From NCBI GenBank assembly GCA_031411455.1, contig JANOBC010000059.1, forward strand, positions 1 through 47,973: 47,973 nt of DNA, read 5' to 3'. The stretch comes from Limisphaerales bacterium. GTDB taxonomy: Bacteria; Verrucomicrobiota; Verrucomicrobiia; Limisphaerales; UBA11358. How positions within the stretch are numbered: position 1 is the first letter of the stretch; each line of letters opens with the position of its first letter. Positions 17,095 to 25,375 of the stretch are shown here, in pieces. Position numbers and translations under genes: made by a program. The notes below the pieces were generated by a model. It ran no database searches. It saw only the letters and a program-made list of their open reading frames with translations, and was not told the origin of the DNA.

Positions 17095-20000
17095 TTACTG
17101 CGCCAACTTTTTCCAAACGCGCAACGCCTCCGTCGCCCCCCACGCCTGCGCGTCGCAGCCGCGTTGCGTGTGCGGCGCGTCGCCATCGAGAATTTCCGGC
17201 AATTGGCCGAGACAGCCTTCATTAAGAATTTTCTCCGCGCTGCCCAGATAACTTTTCGCCGCCGCAACCGCTTCCGGTGAAAAATCCCACGCCGCTGCGA
17301 GCGCCTCGCAGAACGTCGGAAACGTCCACGTCCACGCGGTGCCGTTGTGATAGGCGGGCTTGCGACGCGTGTCCTCATCGCCTTCGTAGCGCGGCCAATA
17401 CGGATTCGGCGGATCATTTAATTGGCGTCCGTCGTTGCCGTAAATCGTGAGCGGCACGGACACCGGCAACGGCGCAAGTGAGCGCAGCGCACCCGGCACG
17501 ACGAGGAATTTTTCCGCCGCCGCCACGCAACGCTTCGCCCGCTCATCCTTAACGAGGCCGAGGCTGATGGCGAACAGGCAATTGCTCCGCAACGCAGCGT
17601 CACCCACGGCCGCGCGGGCACTGACGCCCGGCTTGGCGAGCAACACATCGGCGAACCAACCTTGGTCTTCGCACCAGAAGTATTTTTCAAATGAGGCGGT
17701 TGCCCGGTCGGCAAGGTCGCGCCATTTGTTTTGATCGGCCGGCGCAGAAACTTTTTCAAGCTGCCGCAGCAGGCGAATCCAAAGTACTTGAATCTCGACG
17801 GGATAGCCTTCGCGCGGCGTGCCAGCGGGATAATTCGTATCCATCCAAGTGAAGTGACTCGGACTCCAGATGAGCGCGGAGTCGGCGTCCATGCGGATGC
17901 CGTTCGGTGTGCCGTGCGAATAATTTTCCGCGATGCTCCTCAGCACATCGACGATGGTGCGGCCATGGGCGTCAACGGGCGCGTGGTAAAAATTTTGAAT
18001 TTTTAATTTTGAATTTTTAATTTTAGAAAATTCTTCGCACACGACGGCGAACCACAGCGGCGCATCGGTCGTGTCGCGATTGGAAACGTCGTTGCCGTGA
18101 ATCGTGTTAGGCAGCGTGCCGTCCTTTTCAAACTTGGCGAACGTGAGCAAAATCTGTTTCACCTCGTCATTCAAACCCGCAGCGAGCAAGCCGCGCGCAC
18201 AGATGAGCGAGTCGCGGCCCCAATCGAGAAACCACGGATAACCGGCGATGACCGTCTTTCGTTCGTCGCGGCGGACGACAAATTGTTTCGCGGCACATTC
18301 AAGTTGTGAGGCGAAATCCGGCTGGGCGTTTCCGCTTTCCGCTTTCCGCTTTCCACTTTTGACTTCTTCCATTTCCGCCGTGAGGATCAGTGCAACGCTT
18401 TCACCTTTTGTCAGCGGCAGTTCAAACCAGCCGGGGCTGTAAGCATCGCCGCTGCCGGTTTGCCCGCGTGTCTGCTCGACGGGATGCGGGATGTTCTCGC
18501 ACCATTCCGGCTGCGCGTGGTATTCGCCGCTGTCGGCAAAGACCAGGAGTTGACGGTCGTTGGCGGGCGTAAATTCAAATCCGACGCAATTTTGAATTTT
18601 TAATTTTGAATTTTTAATTTCCCGGCAGTTCGACGCGAAATGGAAATCCGCGCCATCATTGCGCTTGGTTTCGCTGTGAAAATTCCGGTCCTCGATGTCC
18701 ACGCGCACCGTCAGGCGCACGTCGGCATCGGCGGGCAATTGTTTTCCTTGCGCCAGCTTTTCCGTCGGGCGGCTGAATTGAAAGACGACGGTGTTTTCAT
18801 CCGCCAACATTTCCGCGCGCAATTCAATTTCCACCGTGCGCCCGTCACCGGCGTTCGCCACAAAGTTCCAGATGGCGGGCGGGCCAGCTTGAAACGACCC
18901 AAGGCTTTTGAAATCCAGCGCAGAGAGAAACCCGTCGGCATTCACCCAGACGCGCAGGCGCTTCACCAAAACGTGGCGATCCACCGGCACGGTCGGGTGC
19001 AGGTTCGCGCCGAGGACGCAGTCGTATTTGGAATTCACGCGGCCCAGATCAACGCACAACCGCGCCATGCCGCCACGATGATTGGTGAGCAAAACCAAGG
19101 TTGAAGGTTGAAGGTTGAAAGTTGAAGGTTCTGCGGGTTCGGGCGCGAGGAAACGAATAGTTGCCGAAACTTTTTGCGAAGTTGTGGCGTGGCGTTCCAA
19201 AATTAAATCAGCATCAACCGCAGATGAACTCACCGGCAAGATGCCTGTGTCACTACCGCGCGGCGCAAAAAATGCGACGTGAACATTTCCAGTGGGAATG
19301 GATTGGACGTGGGTGCGCGTGTTTTCATTCCGCACTCCGCACTCCGCACTTCGCGCTTCCAAAGATGCGCGGAACGGCGCGCTGTCTTCAATCAACAGCC
19401 AGTGACCCGGCGGAATCATCGTGACGCGGCGCGAGTCGAGCAAAGTCCAGATGACGACACGCGGGAAAACTTCTCCGGCATCCGCCTCGACCAGCAGTTC
19501 AGCCAGCGGCGTTTTGCCATCCCGCGCGGCGAATTCGCTGGCGGTGACAAGGAAGTTTTTTGGCGAACGCGCGACTTGTTCCGCAAGCCAGCGCCAGTCC
19601 AGTCCGTCCACGGCCTCGATGGGAATGATTTTATTTAGTGCTGACAGGGCAAACGCAGCCTGCGCGCGGGCGTGGCGATAATTATCGCCGCTCAAACCAA
19701 CGGGCTTCTCCGTGGACGCGAGACAGAAGGCTGCGCCGGGTGGAAGCGTGAAAGTGATTTTATTTTTGACCGTGGAAATGTTCGGCAGCGGCTGGCCGAG
19801 CAGCTCGAATTCAAAAGCGGAAAGCCCGTCCTCCGTAGCACTGCGGAGGGTGGACGGAAGGCGGAAAGCGGAAACGTCGAGCGCGAGATTGTTTTTTTTC
19901 TCAACGTCCGTGTTGACCAAAACCAAAACCGAATCTTTTCCTTCCGCCGATTCGCGGAGCAACGCATAAACCGGCGAGTCGGGCGCGCTCAAGCGCGTGA

Positions 20001-21537
20001 GCTTGGCGCCGTCGAAGAAGCACGGGTGATCGGAAATGAGCGCGTTGAGTTGCGCGAGTTCGGGAACGATGTTTTCAGCGGCGTCCCAGTTCAGGCCGGT
20101 GTTGCCGTGGACGCGGATTTTTTCCGTGGCGAGCCATTCCACGCCGCAGGTGAAGCCGAAACCACCGCTGGGGCTAGTCAGCGCGCAGAGACGGTTTCGC
20201 AGCAGTGACCAGATGCGACCCGCTTTTTTTGAACTCACAGGCCCACCACTTTGCGCGGCGAGGCGGCTGTTGTCGTGCGTTTCAGAATAATTGACGTAGC
20301 TGCCAATGCGTTCGTTCTGCTGGTTGGCGTAGTCGAGATACCACGCGACTTCTTGGCCGGAATAATTTTGGAAGAGTTCGGAGTAGGCCCACTGCATCCC
20401 GCCATCGGTGAGCAAACTTTCCGTGGCCGTCCACGGCCCGCCGAGGCCTTCGAGGAGAAAAATCGCCTCGGGAAATTCTTCCTGCACGCGGGCGATGATG
20501 TATTGCCACGCGGCGGTGGGAACTTTGTAGCCGGCATCGCAGCGGAAACCATCCACGCCGCGCCGACACCAGATGAGCAGCGAATCGGCGATAAGATCCC
20601 AGAGCTTCACGTCGTGCTGTTCGAGTTCAACCAAATCCTCCCAGACGGTTCCCCACGCGCCGGGGCTGGCGAATTCGCCATCGGGGGTTTTTAGGAAAAA
20701 CTTAGGAAAATTTTCCTGCAACGTGGAACCCCAGCCGGTGTGATTGATGACGATATCTAGGAAGATGCGCGCACCGTAAGCGTGAGCAGCACTGGTCAGC
20801 TCGCAGAATTGTTCAATGCCCGTCGTGCGTTTGTCAAACTCGACGAGCGCGGGGTCCACAGCGGTCAGGTCGAGCGCGGCGTAGGGACTGCCGTTGCGAC
20901 CGAAGCGGGCGTAAGTGGTGGGCGTGGGATGCACGGGCAGCAGGTGAATGATTTTACAGCCGAGCTTTTGGACGATGTGCGGGAGCTGCGCGGCGAGGTC
21001 GCGGAATTTTCCCGATGGCGGCAGCGTGGCGTAGCCGAGCGCTTCGAGCGACTTGAGTTGCGCTTCCAGTTTTTCATCGGCCACCGTGGCGAGATTTTTG
21101 GTCGCGCCAAACAGGCGCGTGAAGGCGCAGTAAATCGTGTTCGCCGTGCGCGCAAAGTTTGGATGCACGGAAATGCCCGCATCCGCGCCGTCCGGCCAGT
21201 GCTGCCATTTTTTTTCGTCGAGCAGATAAGCCTTGGCCTGAAAGAAACCAACTTCAGCGAGCGGCAGTTCGATCTGCCAGCCGTCGGCGATGCGCTGCAT
21301 CGGCACATCGCGCCACGAGGAGTTGGCGACGACCGCCGAGTTCCCGCCAGCGGAAATGATTTCGGCGCGGCGCGCGGCGGCGCGGCCAAGGTTGGTGCGG
21401 AGGCGCGCCGACCAGTTTTTTGGCGCGGAAACATTTTCCGCGCCCGTCTGCGCTTCGCTTCGACGCGGCAAGCGCAGTTGAAAAATAATTTTGTCGCCGA
21501 CGAAGCGCAGCCGGCGTTCGCCCGTGGCGGGGGTCAT
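17095..21537 (-). CDS. fusion glycosidase: GH13 alpha-amylase-family catalytic domain + glycogen-debranching (amylo-alpha-1,6-glucosidase, GDE_C-type) domain
   Basis: GH13 conserved regions are FLDIVINHTG, GFRCDAGYKV, FLLEGLG and YSETHDN. The middle section has a GDE N-terminal-like segment (LLTNHRGGMARLCVDLGRVNSKYDCVLGANL). The C-terminus has GYPWFLDWGRDSLICARGLL, typical of amylo-1,6-glucosidase (alpha/alpha)6 barrels. The track start at 21651 overlaps folC; ATG at 21537 (MTPATGERRLRF) is preferred. Confidence 0.85.
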   Translation of the reverse strand: MTPATGERRLRFVGDKIIFQLRLPRRSEAQTGAENVSAPKNWSARLRTNLGRAAARRAEIISAGGNSAVVANSSWRDVPMQRIADGWQIELPLAEVGFFQAKAYLLDEKKWQHWPDGADAGISVHPNFARTANTIYCAFTRLFGATKNLATVADEKLEAQLKSLEALGYATLPPSGKFRDLAAQLPHIVQKLGCKIIHLLPVHPTPTTYARFGRNGSPYAALDLTAVDPALVEFDKRTTGIEQFCELTSAAHAYGARIFLDIVINHTGWGSTLQENFPKFFLKTPDGEFASPGAWGTVWEDLVELEQHDVKLWDLIADSLLIWCRRGVDGFRCDAGYKVPTAAWQYIIARVQEEFPEAIFLLEGLGGPWTATESLLTDGGMQWAYSELFQNYSGQEVAWYLDYANQQNERIGSYVNYSETHDNSRLAAQSGGPVSSKKAGRIWSLLRNRLCALTSPSGGFGFTCGVEWLATEKIRVHGNTGLNWDAAENIVPELAQLNALISDHPCFFDGAKLTRLSAPDSPVYALLRESAEGKDSVLVLVNTDVEKKNNLALDVSAFRLPSTLRSATEDGLSAFEFELLGQPLPNISTVKNKITFTLPPGAAFCLASTEKPVGLSGDNYRHARAQAAFALSALNKIIPIEAVDGLDWRWLAEQVARSPKNFLVTASEFAARDGKTPLAELLVEADAGEVFPRVVIWTLLDSRRVTMIPPGHWLLIEDSAPFRASLEARSAECGVRNENTRTHVQSIPTGNVHVAFFAPRGSDTGILPVSSSAVDADLILERHATTSQKVSATIRFLAPEPAEPSTFNLQPSTLVLLTNHRGGMARLCVDLGRVNSKYDCVLGANLHPTVPVDRHVLVKRLRVWVNADGFLSALDFKSLGSFQAGPPAIWNFVANAGDGRTVEIELRAEMLADENTVVFQFSRPTEKLAQGKQLPADADVRLTVRVDIEDRNFHSETKRNDGADFHFASNCREIKNSKLKIQNCVGFEFTPANDRQLLVFADSGEYHAQPEWCENIPHPVEQTRGQTGSGDAYSPGWFELPLTKGESVALILTAEMEEVKSGKRKAESGNAQPDFASQLECAAKQFVVRRDERKTVIAGYPWFLDWGRDSLICARGLLAAGLNDEVKQILLTFAKFEKDGTLPNTIHGNDVSNRDTTDAPLWFAVVCEEFSKIKNSKLKIQNFYHAPVDAHGRTIVDVLRSIAENYSHGTPNGIRMDADSALIWSPSHFTWMDTNYPAGTPREGYPVEIQVLWIRLLRQLEKVSAPADQNKWRDLADRATASFEKYFWCEDQGWFADVLLAKPGVSARAAVGDAALRSNCLFAISLGLVKDERAKRCVAAAEKFLVVPGALRSLAPLPVSVPLTIYGNDGRQLNDPPNPYWPRYEGDEDTRRKPAYHNGTAWTWTFPTFCEALAAAWDFSPEAVAAAKSYLGSAEKILNEGCLGQLPEILDGDAPHTQRGCDAQAWGATEALRVWKKLAQ
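17991..18023. repeat. 33-nt AT-rich module, copy 1 (in frame inside the glycosidase gene)
   Basis: aattttgaatttttaattttgaatttttaattt is identical to 18588-18620. It is internally a 14-nt tandem (gaatttttaatttt x2) and encodes KIKNSKLKIQN. Confidence 0.95.
18329..18356. repeat. heptanucleotide tandem repeat TTTCCGC x4 inside the glycosidase ORF
   Basis: tttccgc tttccgc tttccgc tttccac, read directly from the sequence. Encodes ...SGKRKAESGN... Confidence 0.9.
18588..18620. repeat. 33-nt AT-rich module, copy 2 (in frame inside the glycosidase gene)
   Basis: Identical 33-mer to 17991-18023; encodes the same KIKNSKLKIQN peptide. Confidence 0.95.
19099..19130. repeat. heptanucleotide tandem repeat GGTTGAA x4.5 inside the glycosidase ORF
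   Basis: ggttgaa ggttgaa ggttgaa agttgaa ggtt. Encodes ...EPSTFNLQPSTL... Confidence 0.9.
19329..19356. repeat. heptanucleotide tandem repeat TCCGCAC x3-4 inside the glycosidase ORF
   Basis: tccgcac tccgcac tccgcac ttcgcgc. Encodes ...SAECGVRNEN... Confidence 0.9.
19854..19874. repeat. heptanucleotide tandem repeat GCGGAAA x3, the reverse complement of the 18329 tract
   Basis: acggaag gcggaaa gcggaaa. One further gcggaaa lies at 19817-19823. The orientation is inverted relative to TTTCCGC at 18329-18356. Confidence 0.85.
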
Positions 21538-21632
21538 GATTAGTCGGAGCGGTTCCACGCGGAGAGTTTTACCGAGACAGCGCGCGGTGACAAAGCAAAA
21601 GGATGTGGCGAAAAAAATTTCTCCGCGAATAA

Positions 21633-22880
21633 TTATTTCGTGGCCGTCCACTCATTCAGTCCGCGCTCGCCGCCGTCGGCGGGCAGCACCCCCAATTTTT
21701 CCAGCGCCTCGCCGATGAGATAGAGCGAACCCGCGACCACGACAAAAGGCTCGTCCTGGCTGGCCGCCAGCGCCTCGGAGAAATTATTGCACGCGACCAC
21801 TTGCGCTGAAGGGTTGGCGGATTGAAAAAATGTGGCCAGCTCACTCGCATCGGCCGTGCGCGCACTGGCGACCGGCACGGTGAAAATTTTCGACGCGAGC
21901 GGCGCGAGAATGGTGACCATCGCCTGCCAGTCCTTGTCGGCGAGCACGCCGATAATGAGCGTTGATGGAGCGCCGAGCCATGCCGCCCGCAGCGTTTCCG
22001 CGCCGGCGACATTGTGCGCGCCATCGAGCAAAATCTTCTGTCCGCTGGGCCGCGTGATAAGGTGCAGGCGCCCCGGCCAATTCACGGTGGCGAGACCTTT
22101 GCGGATTGGTTCTGCGCTGACGGGAATTTCTTTTTGCAAAGCCGCCACCGTGGCGATGGCGAGCGCCGCGTTTTGTTTTTGGTGGTCGCCCAGAAGTGCG
22201 GATGGTGGATGGTGGATGGAGGATGGATTTGACGCCACGCGCGTAAGCGGCGAATTATTTTTTTGGGCCACTTCCTCAATCACCCGCAACACTTCCGGCT
22301 CACTTGCCCCCGTGATGATTGGCACGCCGGGCTTGATGATGCCCGCTTTTTCCGCCGCGATTTTTTCCAGCGTGTCGCCCAACCATTGCGTGTGGTCGAG
22401 CGCGATGTTCGTGATGACGCTCGCCAGCGGCGTGACGATGTTGGTCGCGTCGAGCCGTCCGCCGAGGCCGGTTTCCCAGATGACGAGGTCGCACTTTTGT
22501 TCCGCGAAAAATTTTAGCGCCAGCACGGTGACGAACTCGAAGAAGGTTGTAGCGTCCGGCAGTTTGACTGCCGCCAACTCCGCCACCAACCGCGCCACAT
22601 CTGCCTGCGAAATGAATTCCCGGTTCACCTGCATCCGTTCGCGAAACGAAACCAGATGCGGCGAGGTGAACAGCCCAACGCGCAAGCCGGCTGCGCGATA
22701 AATGCTTTCCAGCATGGCGCAGGTGGAGCCTTTGCCGTTCGTGCCGGCGACGTGGATGAAGCGGAGTTGCGCCTGCGGATTGCCCGCGCCCGCCGCGAGC
22801 CGACGCGTGGTTTCCAAACCAAAATTCACGCCGAACATTTGCCGGCGGTAGAGAAACTCGATGGCCTCCGCGTAAGTCAA
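21633..22880 (-). CDS. folC: bifunctional folylpolyglutamate synthase / dihydrofolate synthase
   Basis: HVAGTNGKGST P-loop and Mur-ligase-type architecture. The track ORF extends to 23072, but that extension contains a strong terminator (23023-23061) and has no ATG. TTG at 22880, preceded by GGAAGG 8 nt upstream, gives the family-typical N-terminus (M)TYAEAIEFLY. The start remains uncertain. Confidence 0.85.
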   Translation of the reverse strand: MTYAEAIEFLYRRQMFGVNFGLETTRRLAAGAGNPQAQLRFIHVAGTNGKGSTCAMLESIYRAAGLRVGLFTSPHLVSFRERMQVNREFISQADVARLVAELAAVKLPDATTFFEFVTVLALKFFAEQKCDLVIWETGLGGRLDATNIVTPLASVITNIALDHTQWLGDTLEKIAAEKAGIIKPGVPIITGASEPEVLRVIEEVAQKNNSPLTRVASNPSSIHHPPSALLGDHQKQNAALAIATVAALQKEIPVSAEPIRKGLATVNWPGRLHLITRPSGQKILLDGAHNVAGAETLRAAWLGAPSTLIIGVLADKDWQAMVTILAPLASKIFTVPVASARTADASELATFFQSANPSAQVVACNNFSEALAASQDEPFVVVAGSLYLIGEALEKLGVLPADGGERGLNEWTATK

Positions 22881-23022
22881 AGCCGCCGCCTTCCGCCCGC
22901 TCCCGAGCAGGCGGGGAGCAGGTTTTGGCGGCGCAGCCCGCGGGTGTTTGGTTTTAGGCTCACGCGAAAAGGATGCGGCCTGCTGAAAAAATTTCAAGCC
23001 CGTCAGATGACACTTCACCTTC

Positions 23023-23061
23023 AAACAAAAACGCCGCGCGACTTTCAAATCGCGCGGCGTT
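23023..23061 (-). terminator. Rho-independent terminator after the Gfo/Idh/MocA gene
   Basis: Perfect 12-bp stem aacgccgcgcga / tcgcgcggcgtt (23030-23041 / 23050-23061). On the minus strand it is followed by tttttgtttg. Confidence 0.7.
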
Positions 23062-23078
23062 CGGTGAACCAAAATATT

Positions 23079-24359
23079 TTAGGCCTCGCCCGGAACCGGC
23101 ACCACGTCATCCTTCGGGGCGACGACATTGCCGGTTTCAAAGTCAGCGGGCGAAGGCGACAACGCGAGGTTATAGAACGGCGATTCGGTGTTGGTGGTGA
23201 GGTCCGTCCAACGCACAAGTTGTCCGGTGTAACTGGAGATGCGCCCCATGATTCCCGTCAACGTCGTCTCGGTAACCTGCTTGGTTTCGTTGACGGGCTT
23301 GCCGTTCGCGATGCTTGCCAGCAGGTCAATGTGTTCCTGCACATAACCGCTGTTGTGCGTCTTGAATTCCGGCACGTTCATCCCTGCCAGTTTGGCCGAC
23401 TGCATTTTGCCGCCGCCGAACGTGCTGCCTTCGGTGCCGGTGAAAAATTCATTGATGGCGGAATAAGTGCCACTCACCTGCCGGCACATGCTGTGGATGT
23501 GAACGTCTTCACCGTAATTAAAATCCACGCTGAAGAAATCAAACTGGTTGCCCGTCTGCCGCCGTGCGCGCCCGCCGAAACCCACGGCGGAAACTGGCGG
23601 ACGACCGATGAACCAGTTCGCGATGTCGAGATTGTGAACGTGCTGCTCCACGATGTGATCGCCCGACATGTTGGAAAAACTCGTCCAGTTGCGGACAAGA
23701 TAATTCGCATCGCTCTCGCCCGGCTCGCGCGTCTTGAACCACAACCGTCCGCCACACCAGCTCACCGTGCCGCCGGTGAGCTTACCGATGGCGCCATTCG
23801 CCACCGCGAACTGGTTGCGCTGATAGCTGCCCTGATGCCGCCGCTGCGTGCCGGCCACCACGGACAATCCTTTTTGCCCCGCCAGTTCGCCGAGCGCTAA
23901 CATCTTCCGCGCGCCGACCGGATCCACCGCCACGGGTTTTTCCACAAAGATATGTTTGCCCGCATTCACCGCCGCCTCGAAATGCGCCGGGCGAAACACC
24001 GGCGGCGTGGCGAGAATGACGATGTCCACCGGCTGCTCCATGACGTGCCGGTAAGCCGTCGCGCCGACGAACACGCGCTCGGCGGGCAGGCTGAATTTCT
24101 TCGCGGCACTGTCCGCGCGATCCTGCATGAAATCAGCTACCGCATAAATTTCCACCGCCTGACCGGACAATTTGGCGGCTTCGAGAATGTTTTCCGCCGC
24201 GCCGTTGCCGCGCCCGCCGCAGCCGACGAGACCGACCTTGAATTTTTTCGGCGCGTCGTCCGCGCGCACGTTGAACAGCGGCAGTGTGGTGACCGCCGCG
24301 CCGGCGAGCGTCACATTTTTCAAAAAGCTGCGCCGGGGAATGATGATTTGTTTGCTCAT
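23079..24359 (-). CDS. Gfo/Idh/MocA family oxidoreductase with twin-arginine signal
   Basis: TAT signal PRRSFLKNVTLAGAAV, Rossmann motif FKVGLVGCGGRGNGAA, EKP motif HIFVEKPVA. The track start is at 24407; ATG at 24359 (MSKQIIIPRRSFL) is preferred and removes the overlap with the ThuA gene. Confidence 0.85.
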   Translation of the reverse strand: MSKQIIIPRRSFLKNVTLAGAAVTTLPLFNVRADDAPKKFKVGLVGCGGRGNGAAENILEAAKLSGQAVEIYAVADFMQDRADSAAKKFSLPAERVFVGATAYRHVMEQPVDIVILATPPVFRPAHFEAAVNAGKHIFVEKPVAVDPVGARKMLALGELAGQKGLSVVAGTQRRHQGSYQRNQFAVANGAIGKLTGGTVSWCGGRLWFKTREPGESDANYLVRNWTSFSNMSGDHIVEQHVHNLDIANWFIGRPPVSAVGFGGRARRQTGNQFDFFSVDFNYGEDVHIHSMCRQVSGTYSAINEFFTGTEGSTFGGGKMQSAKLAGMNVPEFKTHNSGYVQEHIDLLASIANGKPVNETKQVTETTLTGIMGRISSYTGQLVRWTDLTTNTESPFYNLALSPSPADFETGNVVAPKDDVVPVPGEA

Positions 24360-24378
24360 TATTTTTATTGGTTGGATT

Positions 24379-25317
24379 TTAGTTGGTGGACGTTGCGGGC
24401 GGGGCATTGGTTAAAAGATTTTGCGCGGCGAGTCGAGCCTTGCGGCCTTTTAGATCCTGATTCGCGGCGAGGTCAGCGGCGGTCAGCACGGATTCCACGC
24501 CGGTCGGCGGCACTTCCACTTTGGCCGTCCACAGAATTCCATTCAGCATCACCTTGCGGAAATTGTCATCGCCCCAGTTCCGGTGATAATGCCCGCCGGT
24601 AAAACCAAAGCCGCGTCCGCCATCCGCGCGCTCGCCCGCCCACGCCAACGTTTGCGCGTCGCCGCGCGTCACCGCTGCGCGCACGCCGGGATTGCCCTCG
24701 TGCGGGCCGTCCGCGCGCTCCATCGTGTCTGCGGGCGGCACGGCGACGAGAATGGGGGTCACGCCTTTCATGCCATCGCGGAATTTCATATTGAAATACC
24801 ATTCATCTTTCACCGCGAATGGTTTCACGCCGCGCGCGATGGGATGCGGCGGCAGTGATTTCATTTCCGCTAACCACACCGGATTGACCGAGCGGTTGAT
24901 TTCAAATGCGCCGCCGATCCAGTCGAGAAACTCCGTCTGCCCGCGCTCCGATGTCGGCTCCACCGCGTAATGAACCAGCACCAAGCCAGTTCCGCGCTTC
25001 ATCAGTGCGTCGAGAATTTTTGTGTGGTCATCCTGCAACGCCGGATGGCCGGCGCCACCGTCGCTGTAAATCACCAACGCCGCCGCGCCGTTCAGCACGG
25101 CAGGATTTTCCGGCCAGCCGTTGGAATAAACCTCCACCGTGACGCCAGGAAAACCTGCGAGACATTTTTGAAACAACAGGCAACCCGCCCGCGCCTCGTG
25201 TTCACCGGAACCGTGGCTCGCCTTGCCCGCAATCATCACAATCCGTTTCTCCTCCGCGCGGCTGGCGACCGGGAGCAGGGACCACAGGGACAAAAATAAA
25301 AGGACAAAAATTTTCAT
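24379..25317 (-). CDS. secreted ThuA-domain (trehalose-utilisation-like) protein
   Basis: Signal peptide MKIFVLLFLSLWSLLPVASRA. ThuA-like class-I glutamine-amidotransferase-fold region (RIVMIAGKASHGSGEHE..., ALVIYSDGG, LVLVHYA). Confidence 0.75.
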   Translation of the reverse strand: MKIFVLLFLSLWSLLPVASRAEEKRIVMIAGKASHGSGEHEARAGCLLFQKCLAGFPGVTVEVYSNGWPENPAVLNGAAALVIYSDGGAGHPALQDDHTKILDALMKRGTGLVLVHYAVEPTSERGQTEFLDWIGGAFEINRSVNPVWLAEMKSLPPHPIARGVKPFAVKDEWYFNMKFRDGMKGVTPILVAVPPADTMERADGPHEGNPGVRAAVTRGDAQTLAWAGERADGGRGFGFTGGHYHRNWGDDNFRKVMLNGILWTAKVEVPPTGVESVLTAADLAANQDLKGRKARLAAQNLLTNAPPATSTN

Positions 25318-25375
25318 GGAAAAATTACGGTTGGTTCGTGGAAAAGGACGCGCGGCTCAATCATAGGTTGCAAAA

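Noticed and set aside
16998-17417. 139-aa Arg-rich ORF ending in ...IFIRVHPCASVVKIRQPKWF.
   Set aside because: It overlaps the 3' end of the glycosidase gene in another frame. Its C-terminus is just the translation of the ATCCGTG tandem repeat at 17027-17054, so it is an artefact of the repeat.
17991-19874. Several short direct repeats clustered within 2 kb, considered as a possible CRISPR array.
   Set aside because: The units are 7 or 14 nt, the different tracts have different sequences, there are no regular 25-40-nt repeat/spacer alternations, and all lie inside one uninterrupted 4.4-kb ORF.
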